64,000 bases of DNA from a bacterium (lineage in GTDB: Bacteria > Patescibacteriota > Patescibacteriia > Patescibacteriales > UBA12465), in NCBI GenBank assembly GCA_030696105.1, contig JAUYNJ010000001.1, forward strand, positions 2,747 to 66,746. Reading direction: 5' to 3'. The notes beneath the pieces were generated by a model. It saw only the letters and a list, made by a program, of their open reading frames with translations, was not told the origin of the DNA and did no database searches. Every line of letters starts with the position of its first letter. Position 1 is the first letter of the stretch. The translations under genes and the position numbers were made by a program. Below, piece after piece: positions 7,759 through 15,866 of the stretch.

Positions 7759-7786
7759 AAAAGCCCATTCTCAAATGGGCTTTTTT
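7759..7786 (+). terminator. Rho-independent terminator
   Basis: The stem aagcccat/atgggctt has loop tctca and is followed by a T6 run. Confidence 0.7.
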
Positions 7787-7791
7787 ATAAT

Positions 7792-7830
7792 AAAAAAACC
7801 CTCCTACAAAACGTATTTTGCGAGGAGGGC
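7792..7830 (-). terminator. Rho-independent terminator for the 7845-8117 gene
   Basis: On the minus strand the stem is ccctcct...aggaggg, with an inner caaaa/ttttg pairing, followed by a T7 run. Confidence 0.7.
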
Positions 7831-7844
7831 ACTTAAGCAGCAAA

Positions 7845-8117
7845 TTATGCAAATATTTTTTCGATTCTATCGAGTAACTTGTTAGGAATAGATTTTTTGT
7901 AGTTGCCAATTAAGGTGGCGAGGACGGTCAATATGACCAGTATTGAAATGTTCAGTGGACTATTGTGATTCATAATGAATCTAACAAGGTCGCCAGGATC
8001 TCCTCCTTCACCAAAAATGTAAAGCATCATAGCAAACGCTGAAAGAAATATGGTTATTCCTGAAATTAATCCTAGAACGAAAATAATCGAGAAAATAATC
8101 GATAAAATGTTTTTCAT
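7845..8117 (-). CDS. Small integral membrane protein (90 aa)
   Basis: It has three hydrophobic helices. Its own consensus promoter lies at 8206-8234 and its terminator at 7792-7830. Confidence 0.6.
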   Translation of the reverse strand: MKNILSIIFSIIFVLGLISGITIFLSAFAMMLYIFGEGGDPGDLVRFIMNHNSPLNISILVILTVLATLIGNYKKSIPNKLLDRIEKIFA

Positions 8118-8205
8118 GTTTTAAGGTTTTTGGGTTTGCAGCGTCTGAGCACTAAAAGTGGTCAAACCTTGTAAACTCAAAAACCTATTTTAAAAGAACA
8201 ATACT

Positions 8206-8234
8206 ATTGTAGCATATTTAAACATACTTGTCAA
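8206..8234 (-). promoter_or_regulatory. Near-consensus sigma70 promoter (TTGACA-N17-TACAAT)
   Basis: On the minus strand the -35 TTGACA lies at 8234-8229, the spacer is 17 nt and the -10 TACAAT lies at 8211-8206. Confidence 0.7.
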
Positions 8235-8250
8235 TACCCCAGAACAGTTC

Positions 8251-9594
8251 CTATATTATTTCCACTAAACCAGCCAAATTCTTGATTTTAAGGAGCTTTA
8301 ACTTGCCCCCCTTGTATTCGGTCCCACTAGGCACAGCGGCACTCATAAAGCCCAATTTTTCGGCCTCACGGAGACGTTGCTCGAGACGAAAGACCGGCCT
8401 CAGTTCAGCGCCAAGACCGACCTCACCAATAAAAACCATACCCGCCGGCAAGGGCTTATTTAAATATGAAGAAATGATGGCGGCGCAGACAGCTAAATCA
8501 AGCGCTGGGTCGTTTATCTTCAAGCCACCGACTGCATTTAAAATAATATCGCGGGTCACTAAATTAATCTTACTGCGCTTAGCAATAACGGCACTTAACA
8601 CCTGCAAACGATTTAAATCTAAACCACTCGCCTTGCGTTGCGGATATCCAAAAACAGTTTTTGTGACAAGCGCCTGAATATTTACTAAAAACGGTCGGGT
8701 GCCTTCAAGCACGCAACCGATAACGGAGCCGGAAATGGCATCAGCTCCTGAACCTAAAAATACCGAACTCGGATCTTTCGCTTCAATAAACCCCGTGCCC
8801 GTCATCTCTAAAACTCCAAGCTCATTAACCGACCCGAATCGATTTTTACTCGCACGCAATAAACAATAATTACTGCCCGACTCATTTTCTAAAGATAAGA
8901 CCGTGTCGACAATATGTTCAAGTGATTTCGGTCCGGCCACTTGTCCGTCTTTTGTAATATGTCCGATTAATAAAACAGTAATTCCCTGCTCCTTCGCCAA
9001 TTCTAAAAATTTAACTGCCACCGCTCTTATCTGACTAAGACTCCCCGCTCCAGAGGGGATGAGAGAGGAATAGACGGTTTGAATTGAATCGACAACCATT
9101 AAGGCTGGCTTCTCTTTTAAGGCCGCTCCTGATATTTTTTCAACACTGGTTTCACCGATAAAGCGCAATCGATTAAGATTACAGCCTAGTCGGGTTAAGC
9201 GGGATTTAACTTGGGCGGCCGACTCTTCGCCACTGACATATAAGACTTCGCCTGCCTGACTCAGCTTGTCAGCGAGCTGCGCCGCCAAGGTACTTTTACC
9301 AATGCCTGGCTCGCCGCTTAGTAACAATAGAGACCCTGGCAGTAAACCGCCGCCTAAAACGCGATCAATTTCTTCCCAGCCACTTTTGATTCGAATTTCG
9401 GGTCCACTTTTTAAATCACGCAAATCAATAACAGTGGCGCCCCCAATTTTCTTGGCTTCTTCTTTCTTTTCTGATTGCGCATCAATCATCTCTTCCCCGA
9501 GTGTCCCCCAGGAGCCACATTCCAAACAACGCCCGCTCCATTTGGGGAACTGGGCGTCGCAATTTGTACAAGTGTATATCTTCTTTATCGCCAT
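8251..9594 (-). CDS. radA: DNA repair/recombination protein RadA (Sms)
   Basis: The N-terminal zinc ribbon is CTNCDAQFPKWSGRCLECGSW and the Walker A motif is GEPGIGKST. It also has a KNRFG motif and a Lon-like C-domain. Confidence 0.95.
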   Translation of the reverse strand: MAIKKIYTCTNCDAQFPKWSGRCLECGSWGTLGEEMIDAQSEKKEEAKKIGGATVIDLRDLKSGPEIRIKSGWEEIDRVLGGGLLPGSLLLLSGEPGIGKSTLAAQLADKLSQAGEVLYVSGEESAAQVKSRLTRLGCNLNRLRFIGETSVEKISGAALKEKPALMVVDSIQTVYSSLIPSGAGSLSQIRAVAVKFLELAKEQGITVLLIGHITKDGQVAGPKSLEHIVDTVLSLENESGSNYCLLRASKNRFGSVNELGVLEMTGTGFIEAKDPSSVFLGSGADAISGSVIGCVLEGTRPFLVNIQALVTKTVFGYPQRKASGLDLNRLQVLSAVIAKRSKINLVTRDIILNAVGGLKINDPALDLAVCAAIISSYLNKPLPAGMVFIGEVGLGAELRPVFRLEQRLREAEKLGFMSAAVPSGTEYKGGKLKLLKIKNLAGLVEII

Positions 9595-9597
9595 AGA

Positions 9598-10209
9598 TTA
9601 TTTTATCCAGTAAGCGCCATCAACCAGCCAGCGGTCCCCCTCTTTTACGAATACGAGACGCAGATCTTGATTAAATTCACTTTCGCTGCCATCAACCTTC
9701 GTCTCCCGGCGAAGCGTACCAACAACTATTTCAGCTGTCCCGGCGTTATCATTAAAACTCGTCACGCTAGTGTTTATCGTGAAGGTGCTGATGCCATAAT
9801 AATTACCGTCATAAGGATTATCAGCGCGCATCTTTTCTACATAAGTCTTTGCCCAGTCACGCATCGTTGCGGTCATGAAGATATTTAAATCTTCAAAGTT
9901 ACTGTAGTTTGACTGATTGGAAAAAGAGCCAAGACGCTCCGCCACAATACCGGCGAGCTTAGCGACGTCGGTCGCATTGGTTTCGTGAGGCGTTTCTGAA
10001 CTTAAGTCGTAGGTATTACGACGAGGCACATTGCCAGCGGTAAGATCGCTTTCTTCGGGCGCGGTCGGTAATTGCCCAGAAGGGACGTCTACTGGCGTCA
10101 CTGGTTCCGGCTGCTCAACCGGTCGCATGAATATGAAGTAAATAATGGCGGCGATGACGAGTAAGCCGGCAATTATTATCGCCAGGCCGGTTCTTTGTCG
10201 ATTATTCAT
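9598..10209 (-). CDS. Bitopic membrane protein (203 aa), possible VirB8-like component
   Basis: It has an N-terminal TM helix, a Pro-rich linker and a C-terminal beta-rich domain ending in ...RLVFVKEGDRWLVDGAYWIK, which looks NTF2-like. It sits between virB4 and radA with gaps of 6 and 3 nt. The VirB8 assignment is inference only. Confidence 0.4.
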   Translation of the reverse strand: MNNRQRTGLAIIIAGLLVIAAIIYFIFMRPVEQPEPVTPVDVPSGQLPTAPEESDLTAGNVPRRNTYDLSSETPHETNATDVAKLAGIVAERLGSFSNQSNYSNFEDLNIFMTATMRDWAKTYVEKMRADNPYDGNYYGISTFTINTSVTSFNDNAGTAEIVVGTLRRETKVDGSESEFNQDLRLVFVKEGDRWLVDGAYWIK

Positions 10210-10215
10210 ATATTT

Positions 10216-12111
10216 TTATGATTGTTCTTGAGTTAAACTTTCATTAAATTCACGCTTAGCCTCTTCAATCTCGAGTAACTGTCTTGGGTCTGAGGTAATC
10301 AACTGATCTTCAGCGTAAGAAGCAACGACTTTCATGGCCACGTGCTTATTGCCGGCAAAGAAAATACCCTCACCAACACCACATTCGAGTAGTAGATATT
10401 TCTCACCTTCAGTTAGCAAGAATGTTTTTTGCACGAGATCAATCGCGGCTGGTGATTGTTTGAGCAGTATCTGTAAGGAGGAGTTCGTCACGATTGCCTG
10501 ACCATACGGAGAGGTTAAAAAGTCATTTACGTCCTGGGTAATCGTTGTTACTCCTAAATAATATTTACGGCAACGTTTCACCAGGGCAAAAATGAATTTA
10601 GCACTGTCTTCATTTTGCATCATCCACCAAGCTTCATCAATTACGAGAATGCGCTGTCTCATTTCACTGCGAACGGTATTCCAAATGTAGTTAACAATGG
10701 TATAAATCGCGAGGGGACGTAACTCGTCTTCCAAGTCACGGACAGAGAAGCAAACAAGCTGATTATTCATCTCCACGTTGGTTGGACTATTGAGTAGGCC
10801 AGCGAAGGTGCCTTCAGTAAACTTCTTTAAACGTAGAGCAAGGTCGGAACCGCCTTCCATGCCATCGAGCACCTGCTCAAAGTCGGACATAATAGGCGCA
10901 TCAATCATCGATAAATCAGAGTCAGGGGTAATATCCTTCTTCGCGTAAGTTTCTAACAAGGCGCGATCAACAATTGAGTCTTCGTCGTAATTAAGTTTAC
11001 CGAGCATTAAGCGCACCAAGCCTTTTAAGGTAATAACGGCGCTACGAATAATATCTTTTGGCTTAGTTTCACCGCCAACGGCACGTGGCAAGTCAAAGGG
11101 GTTCAGCTTATTTTCTGAGGCGAGCGAGATGTTAATATAGGTGCCGCCTACTGCTTCGGCTAAGTGTTTATATTCGTATTCAGGATCAATCACAATAACT
11201 TCTGAGCCAAGCATTAAGGAGCGCAAAATTTCTAACTTAATCGCATAAGACTTACCGGCACCAGAGGTTGCAAACACAACTGAGTTCGCATTTTGCAAAG
11301 AGAAACGGTCAAAAAGAATTAAACTATTATTGTGACGGTTAATACCATATAAAACACCACGGTCACTCGTCAGTTCACTGGAGATGAAGGGGAAAGACGA
11401 GGCGATGGGCGAGGAATTCATGTTGAAGGTAATGTAAAGCTCATCATTCCCAAGAGGGAGTGTAGAATTAAAGCCCTGCTCTGCCTGGAAATAAACACGG
11501 CGAGAGTAAACAAGGCGTGAGCCAAATATATCTTCCACCTGATCAGACATACGATCAAGCTCTTCCATATTATCGGCATATAAAGTCACATACAGTGAGA
11601 ACTGGAAGAATTTTTCTGTTCCCTGAGTCAAGGCGTCACGTAAATATTCGATATCGCGCAACGCGGTTTCGCGAAGCGGATCACGCGCGGCTCCCTTTTC
11701 GGCATCCGAGATAATCTGCGCCTCCAGGGTACCAACTTTATTTTTTAATTGCTTTAAAATCACCGCACTCTTAACCGGATAAAAGAACATGGAAACATCA
11801 AAGGTCAGATTAAGATTGATAATTGGGGCAAACCAGCCGACACTGATATATCTTGGATAATTGATGACAAAAATTGTACGAGCGAACTTGCCGCCGAGCA
11901 TGATGCAATTTGGCTTCACTTGCAAACTGGCCGGTGAAATAATATCGCGTACCGTTAAAACGCCTCGTCTAAAGGCCTTTTCTTCTTCAATAATTTCACG
12001 CGTCATTTCCGGGTCATTCTCAATAACAGCGCCCTTTGAGCGTGGCGTTAAAGAGATCGGCGTATTTAACGTCATTTTCTGTTTGTCGTCGTTCTTATTG
12101 AAATTTATCAT
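10216..12111 (-). CDS. virB4: VirB4/TrbE/TraC-family T4SS ATPase
   Basis: The Walker A motif is ATSGAGKSY and the Walker B motif is ILVIDEAWWMM. The 631 aa length and the N-terminal domain pattern are typical of the VirB4 family. Confidence 0.85.
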   Translation of the reverse strand: MINFNKNDDKQKMTLNTPISLTPRSKGAVIENDPEMTREIIEEEKAFRRGVLTVRDIISPASLQVKPNCIMLGGKFARTIFVINYPRYISVGWFAPIINLNLTFDVSMFFYPVKSAVILKQLKNKVGTLEAQIISDAEKGAARDPLRETALRDIEYLRDALTQGTEKFFQFSLYVTLYADNMEELDRMSDQVEDIFGSRLVYSRRVYFQAEQGFNSTLPLGNDELYITFNMNSSPIASSFPFISSELTSDRGVLYGINRHNNSLILFDRFSLQNANSVVFATSGAGKSYAIKLEILRSLMLGSEVIVIDPEYEYKHLAEAVGGTYINISLASENKLNPFDLPRAVGGETKPKDIIRSAVITLKGLVRLMLGKLNYDEDSIVDRALLETYAKKDITPDSDLSMIDAPIMSDFEQVLDGMEGGSDLALRLKKFTEGTFAGLLNSPTNVEMNNQLVCFSVRDLEDELRPLAIYTIVNYIWNTVRSEMRQRILVIDEAWWMMQNEDSAKFIFALVKRCRKYYLGVTTITQDVNDFLTSPYGQAIVTNSSLQILLKQSPAAIDLVQKTFLLTEGEKYLLLECGVGEGIFFAGNKHVAMKVVASYAEDQLITSDPRQLLEIEEAKREFNESLTQEQS

Positions 12112-12122
12112 AGACGCTTATT

Positions 12123-12809
12123 TTAATTGCCTTCCACGCGCATTTTTTCAAGATCAGCTAAAGCCTGGTTCTTCGAAGTTTCGGGATTATATGTTTTGTA
12201 ATAAAGCTCGATTAAACTCTGAGTATCGAGTCTCGCAATACTAACTCCCATCGACTCTAGTCCGCCAATAACACTTTCAAGGCGTCGATTAAGCATTTCT
12301 TTGTAGCGGTTAAAGCTCTTCTCTTTCAAAGTAATCGAAGTTGCTGGACGCACGGCTTCCCCAAGAAGCTTAAAGAAACCTTTGCGCTTGTCGGACAAGG
12401 GATTATATGGAACAACCACATAAAAGCGTTTATTCATGATCTTGCCGATAGAGGTAAGCTCTTTGATATAATTGATGTATTCGGAGGTTTGCATTTTCAG
12501 CAGCTTATTGAGCTGCTGTTTTTCTTTTTCTTTTAAATACACGAGATAATTTTCGATGTCCAGTTCACGTGACTGAATAACAATCTCCAGCATGAAGTTG
12601 AGATTGTTTAAAAACATCACGTAAGAGTTAATAACGGCGTTTTGTTCATCCTCACTCTTCAGGGCAAAGTTAATACTTGAAACCAGCAGGACCGCGCGCA
12701 AGGTGCCATCCTTCATGATGACAACATCATCTTTAATCTCAGCAATATCAAGATATTGCTGCGTAGAGACGTTGACCTTATTGCGCACTAGTTTATTTAT
12801 TTCAGCCAT
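12123..12809 (-). CDS. Hypothetical cytoplasmic protein (228 aa) in the T4SS-like operon
   Basis: The N-terminal pattern YLDIAEIKDDVVIMKDGTLRAVLLVSSINFALKSEDEQ resembles the non-ATPase N-terminal region of Gram-positive VirB4/TrsE proteins. No NTPase motifs are present. Confidence 0.6.
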   Translation of the reverse strand: MAEINKLVRNKVNVSTQQYLDIAEIKDDVVIMKDGTLRAVLLVSSINFALKSEDEQNAVINSYVMFLNNLNFMLEIVIQSRELDIENYLVYLKEKEKQQLNKLLKMQTSEYINYIKELTSIGKIMNKRFYVVVPYNPLSDKRKGFFKLLGEAVRPATSITLKEKSFNRYKEMLNRRLESVIGGLESMGVSIARLDTQSLIELYYKTYNPETSKNQALADLEKMRVEGN

Positions 12810-12814
12810 ATTTA

Positions 12815-13246
12815 TTAATTATCTTCCCCGTCGCCGCGATAGCGCCCCTTAGTGTCGACTACTAAGGCTAAATCAGCTAAATGTGATGAGCGGTATATCT
12901 CTTTCGGCTTAATACTGACTTCGGGCTTGGTAAGTGGCGCCTGCGGCATACTAACAGAATCGCCTTGCCGATGATTCCAGACACGAAGATTCGGGCGGCG
13001 GAATGTTTGCACCAAATTAAGAATGAAATAATGAAAGGGGCGTCCGTTAATTTTAATAAAAGCAAAGACAAAAGCAATAAGTGCAAAAACAATCGCGAGT
13101 GTCAGAAAAAGAGCGAAGTCAAAAATTTTATAGCTAATGCCAATCAAAGTTGCTGCCCCCAGAAAAATCAGAAACTGGCGAGTTGTAATCGGACCGATTA
13201 TCTTGCTTTCAACGTCGATAAATTGAGGAACGGTAAACTGCTGCAT
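12815..13246 (-). CDS. PrgI-family (VirB3-like) small membrane protein
   Basis: The N-terminus MQQFTVPQFIDVESKIIGPITTRQFLIF followed by two TM helices matches the PrgI-family signature as I recall it. The gene lies in the same operon as virB4, one gene upstream of it. Confidence 0.7.
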   Translation of the reverse strand: MQQFTVPQFIDVESKIIGPITTRQFLIFLGAATLIGISYKIFDFALFLTLAIVFALIAFVFAFIKINGRPFHYFILNLVQTFRRPNLRVWNHRQGDSVSMPQAPLTKPEVSIKPKEIYRSSHLADLALVVDTKGRYRGDGEDN

Positions 13247-13251
13247 ATATT

Positions 13252-14739
13252 TTAAAACATCAAGGAGTTATTCATCGCGACAATTGCTTCTATCTCTTCC
13301 ATTGTGAGCACTTCTTTCTGCTCCGCTTCCCGACTAGCTACCGCTTCCCTTAAGGGGATGCCTTTAACCACGGCTTCATGTGTAATGCGGACATAGAGTC
13401 GATTAACCGGACTCTGACGCCAAGCTTTAACACCTTCAACCATACGGTCATAACCATCTTTTTCGAGTAGGCGGATTTTCGTAACGACTTTACTTGTTAT
13501 CTCTTTTGGACTCGCGCCTAAACGTCGGAAATTAACCAAGTCAAGATAACGCAATTCTTCAATCGGTCCCATGACCTTGGGCTTCAACTTCACATCATCC
13601 ATCTTCGGTCGATGTTCGCTCGAGGCGGCTGGTCTCACCCTTACATTGTTATGCATGCTGGCAGCCCGAACTTCTTCCTCTAAATTTCTAGCTACATAAC
13701 TAGCCGCTTCTGGGGCCGGACCAGATGTGCCCTTAAACAACTTTGACCACATACCCGCTTTGACAGCGGCTGGAGGTCGGTTAATACGAATAGGGGCGGG
13801 CGCCGAAACGACGGGCTCTTTCTCTGTTGTTGTTGGTACTATTTGAGGAGGAGCGACGGGAGGCGTAAGGTCTGCTTGCGTCGCTACTGGAGCTGAAACT
13901 ATTGGAGTAGCTGTAGCGGGAGTTGCTGGGATAGTCGGAGTAACAGGCGCGCTGGGAGCAGTGCGTACGGCTGGGCGCATCAACTGCTTTGCTTCATCTG
14001 GCGCGGCAATAGCAAATTCAGGATCAGGGGCCTCAATTTCATGTGAGACGTCTAATTTAGTTAGTGTCGGTTTAAACTTATCAGCTAAAGCAGCCGGTGG
14101 TTTTATTTCACCCTTAGCTAAAGCGGCTTTAAAATCGTAAGTATTACTAGCTTCACTCTTATTAATCAAATCATTAATCGCCGCTTGAGCGGACACAGAA
14201 GCAGCAATCGGCGCCGCCATCTTCGGTTGATCAAGCGCGCGCAAGAGTCGATCAGCGGCAGCTGGGTCTAAGGATAGGCCGCCAACTTCGACGGGACGCT
14301 CGAGAGCGGAACGGGCGTCAATTTTGGTACGCACGCCCTTGCGATAAGTTAGCAAGATTTGCCGGCAACGTGAGATTAAATCCTGACTAGGCAAAACGAT
14401 GCCATTCTCTTTCATCAAAACCTCGAGTTCTTTATCCTCTGAACTCAGCATTGAAACCGGTCTAATGCCAAGATAAGTTGAGACTGCGAACAAGAGGCGT
14501 TCCTGCAGTTCACTACTCAAAGAGCGCGCCTTATCCGAACTTAGACCGAACTCGGAAATGAAATGTGAGGTTAAATCCTTCACCAGCACTTGCTTAATCA
14601 TTACCTGCATGACAAGCATCGCTAGACTAACGCCATATTTACTTTCCAGAGACGACAAAATCTCCATAGCGGCTGGCGAGGAGACTTTTTCCCTTAGCTC
14701 TTTGGGAAGCTTATTAAATTGTTGCAAGTAATCGAACAT
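13252..14739 (-). CDS. Hypothetical protein with a Pro/Ala-rich centre; its N-domain is paralogous to the 14915-15856 product
   Basis: The ATG at 14739 (MFDYLQQFNKLP...) is preferred over the TTG at 14751. The central low-complexity stretch is APVTPTIPATPATATPIVSAPVATQ. Confidence 0.6.
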   Translation of the reverse strand: MFDYLQQFNKLPKELREKVSSPAAMEILSSLESKYGVSLAMLVMQVMIKQVLVKDLTSHFISEFGLSSDKARSLSSELQERLLFAVSTYLGIRPVSMLSSEDKELEVLMKENGIVLPSQDLISRCRQILLTYRKGVRTKIDARSALERPVEVGGLSLDPAAADRLLRALDQPKMAAPIAASVSAQAAINDLINKSEASNTYDFKAALAKGEIKPPAALADKFKPTLTKLDVSHEIEAPDPEFAIAAPDEAKQLMRPAVRTAPSAPVTPTIPATPATATPIVSAPVATQADLTPPVAPPQIVPTTTEKEPVVSAPAPIRINRPPAAVKAGMWSKLFKGTSGPAPEAASYVARNLEEEVRAASMHNNVRVRPAASSEHRPKMDDVKLKPKVMGPIEELRYLDLVNFRRLGASPKEITSKVVTKIRLLEKDGYDRMVEGVKAWRQSPVNRLYVRITHEAVVKGIPLREAVASREAEQKEVLTMEEIEAIVAMNNSLMF

Positions 14740-14857
14740 GAAACAGGACAAAAAAATCCAAAAATTATTGCCAGGAAATATACTGCGGGCATTATCTTCA
14801 TTTTAGCATATTTGCTGTAGAAAGGAAAAGCCAAAATCACGATAATTTTTACCTGAA

Positions 14858-14890
14858 AAAAATATAAAACCGCCTTACAAGTGAGGCGGC
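14858..14890 (-). terminator. Rho-independent terminator separating the two T4SS-like operons
   Basis: On the minus strand the stem gccgcct/aggcggt has loop cacttgta and is followed by ttttatattttttt. Confidence 0.6.
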
Positions 14891-14914
14891 TATATTTCAG
14901 ATTTTTTACCAAGA

Positions 14915-15856
14915 TTAACGAGCAGAAACGCTAAAGCGCAGACGGTCAAGCTCTTGTCTAATCACCTTATACTCGAGGCTGCCGACCGGATAATCCTTGA
15001 GGGCAGCTTGGAGCTTAGAGGCTTCAGAATTTTGTATAACTACTTCATCACGTTCTAGTGGCAGAGGTTTTTTTGAGGTATCACTTTCCTCAACATCAGC
15101 TTGGCGGCCCAGAGGTTCAACCTCTATATCTACAGGGATTATGCTCCAAAACCTGACGGGCGTTTTATCGGTAATTTCATCAAAGTAGCTAATGTTGCGA
15201 TAGACTTTAAAAATACGCGAAAGCAATATTTTCTCAGCCGCTGACAACGATTTAGCGTTTTTAGAATTACTAATATAATTTGCCAGCACAAGATCATCAA
15301 AATAACCACTGCCGTTAAGAGCAACAAAGTCTCTTATCCAGTTCGCGACTGTCGCTTGGTGAGCGCCCTTTTCATCTATTATCTTAGAATTACTTACAAT
15401 CGTTGGGTTGCTCATAATGGCCGCCTCTAGTTCGGTCAGAAATGCAGGCTCATTCTTCAATAAATAGAAAACGTTGAGATTAAAAGACTCCGCTAAATCT
15501 TTATCGGAAATAAGTTTAAGCAAATCGTTTTTTAATGTTTCCTTCAGGCTAAGTGCATCAATTTCTTGACCAGGAGTAAACGTGGCAACTAAACGCGAAA
15601 AAACGTTTCTGGTTAATTCACGGCTCACTTCGAGTGCATCTTCTTCGCTCAAGTTTTCTTCTTTACGTAAATAGTCCGCAACTTGAGTCGCTTTAAGCTC
15701 ACCGATGCCGACTAAAATGAGCGGGAGACTCGTATTGACCCCGTATTCTAATTCAATTTCTTTGACAACAACAAGAGCTTCGGGACCACCCAAGATTTCC
15801 TTTAGACCTTGAGGTAGCTTACTAAACTTTTGTAGACATTGAGCAATATAATCCAT
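14915..15856 (-). CDS. Hypothetical protein (313 aa); N-domain paralogous to the 13252-14739 product
   Basis: The two proteins share the pattern F-x-KLP-x-x-L-x-E...P-x-A...YGV...LS-x-x-x-A...EL over roughly the first 90 aa. Confidence 0.6.
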   Translation of the reverse strand: MDYIAQCLQKFSKLPQGLKEILGGPEALVVVKEIELEYGVNTSLPLILVGIGELKATQVADYLRKEENLSEEDALEVSRELTRNVFSRLVATFTPGQEIDALSLKETLKNDLLKLISDKDLAESFNLNVFYLLKNEPAFLTELEAAIMSNPTIVSNSKIIDEKGAHQATVANWIRDFVALNGSGYFDDLVLANYISNSKNAKSLSAAEKILLSRIFKVYRNISYFDEITDKTPVRFWSIIPVDIEVEPLGRQADVEESDTSKKPLPLERDEVVIQNSEASKLQAALKDYPVGSLEYKVIRQELDRLRFSVSAR

Positions 15857-15866
15857 ATTGGTGATG

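Noticed and set aside
7264-7790. Possible RNase P RNA, tmRNA or SRP RNA in the promoter-terminator unit
   Set aside because: None of the conserved cores is present on either strand. These cores are GGAAAGTCC / ACAGAAC-GGCTTA for RNase P, the tRNA-like GGTTCGAATCC...CCACCA end for tmRNA, and the GGAAGCAGCC motif for SRP.
8228-9888. Plus-strand ORFs 8228-8677, 9266-9613 and 9475-9888
   Set aside because: They are antisense to radA and the 203-aa gene. Their Ser/Pro/Arg-rich composition is typical of reverse-frame artefacts.
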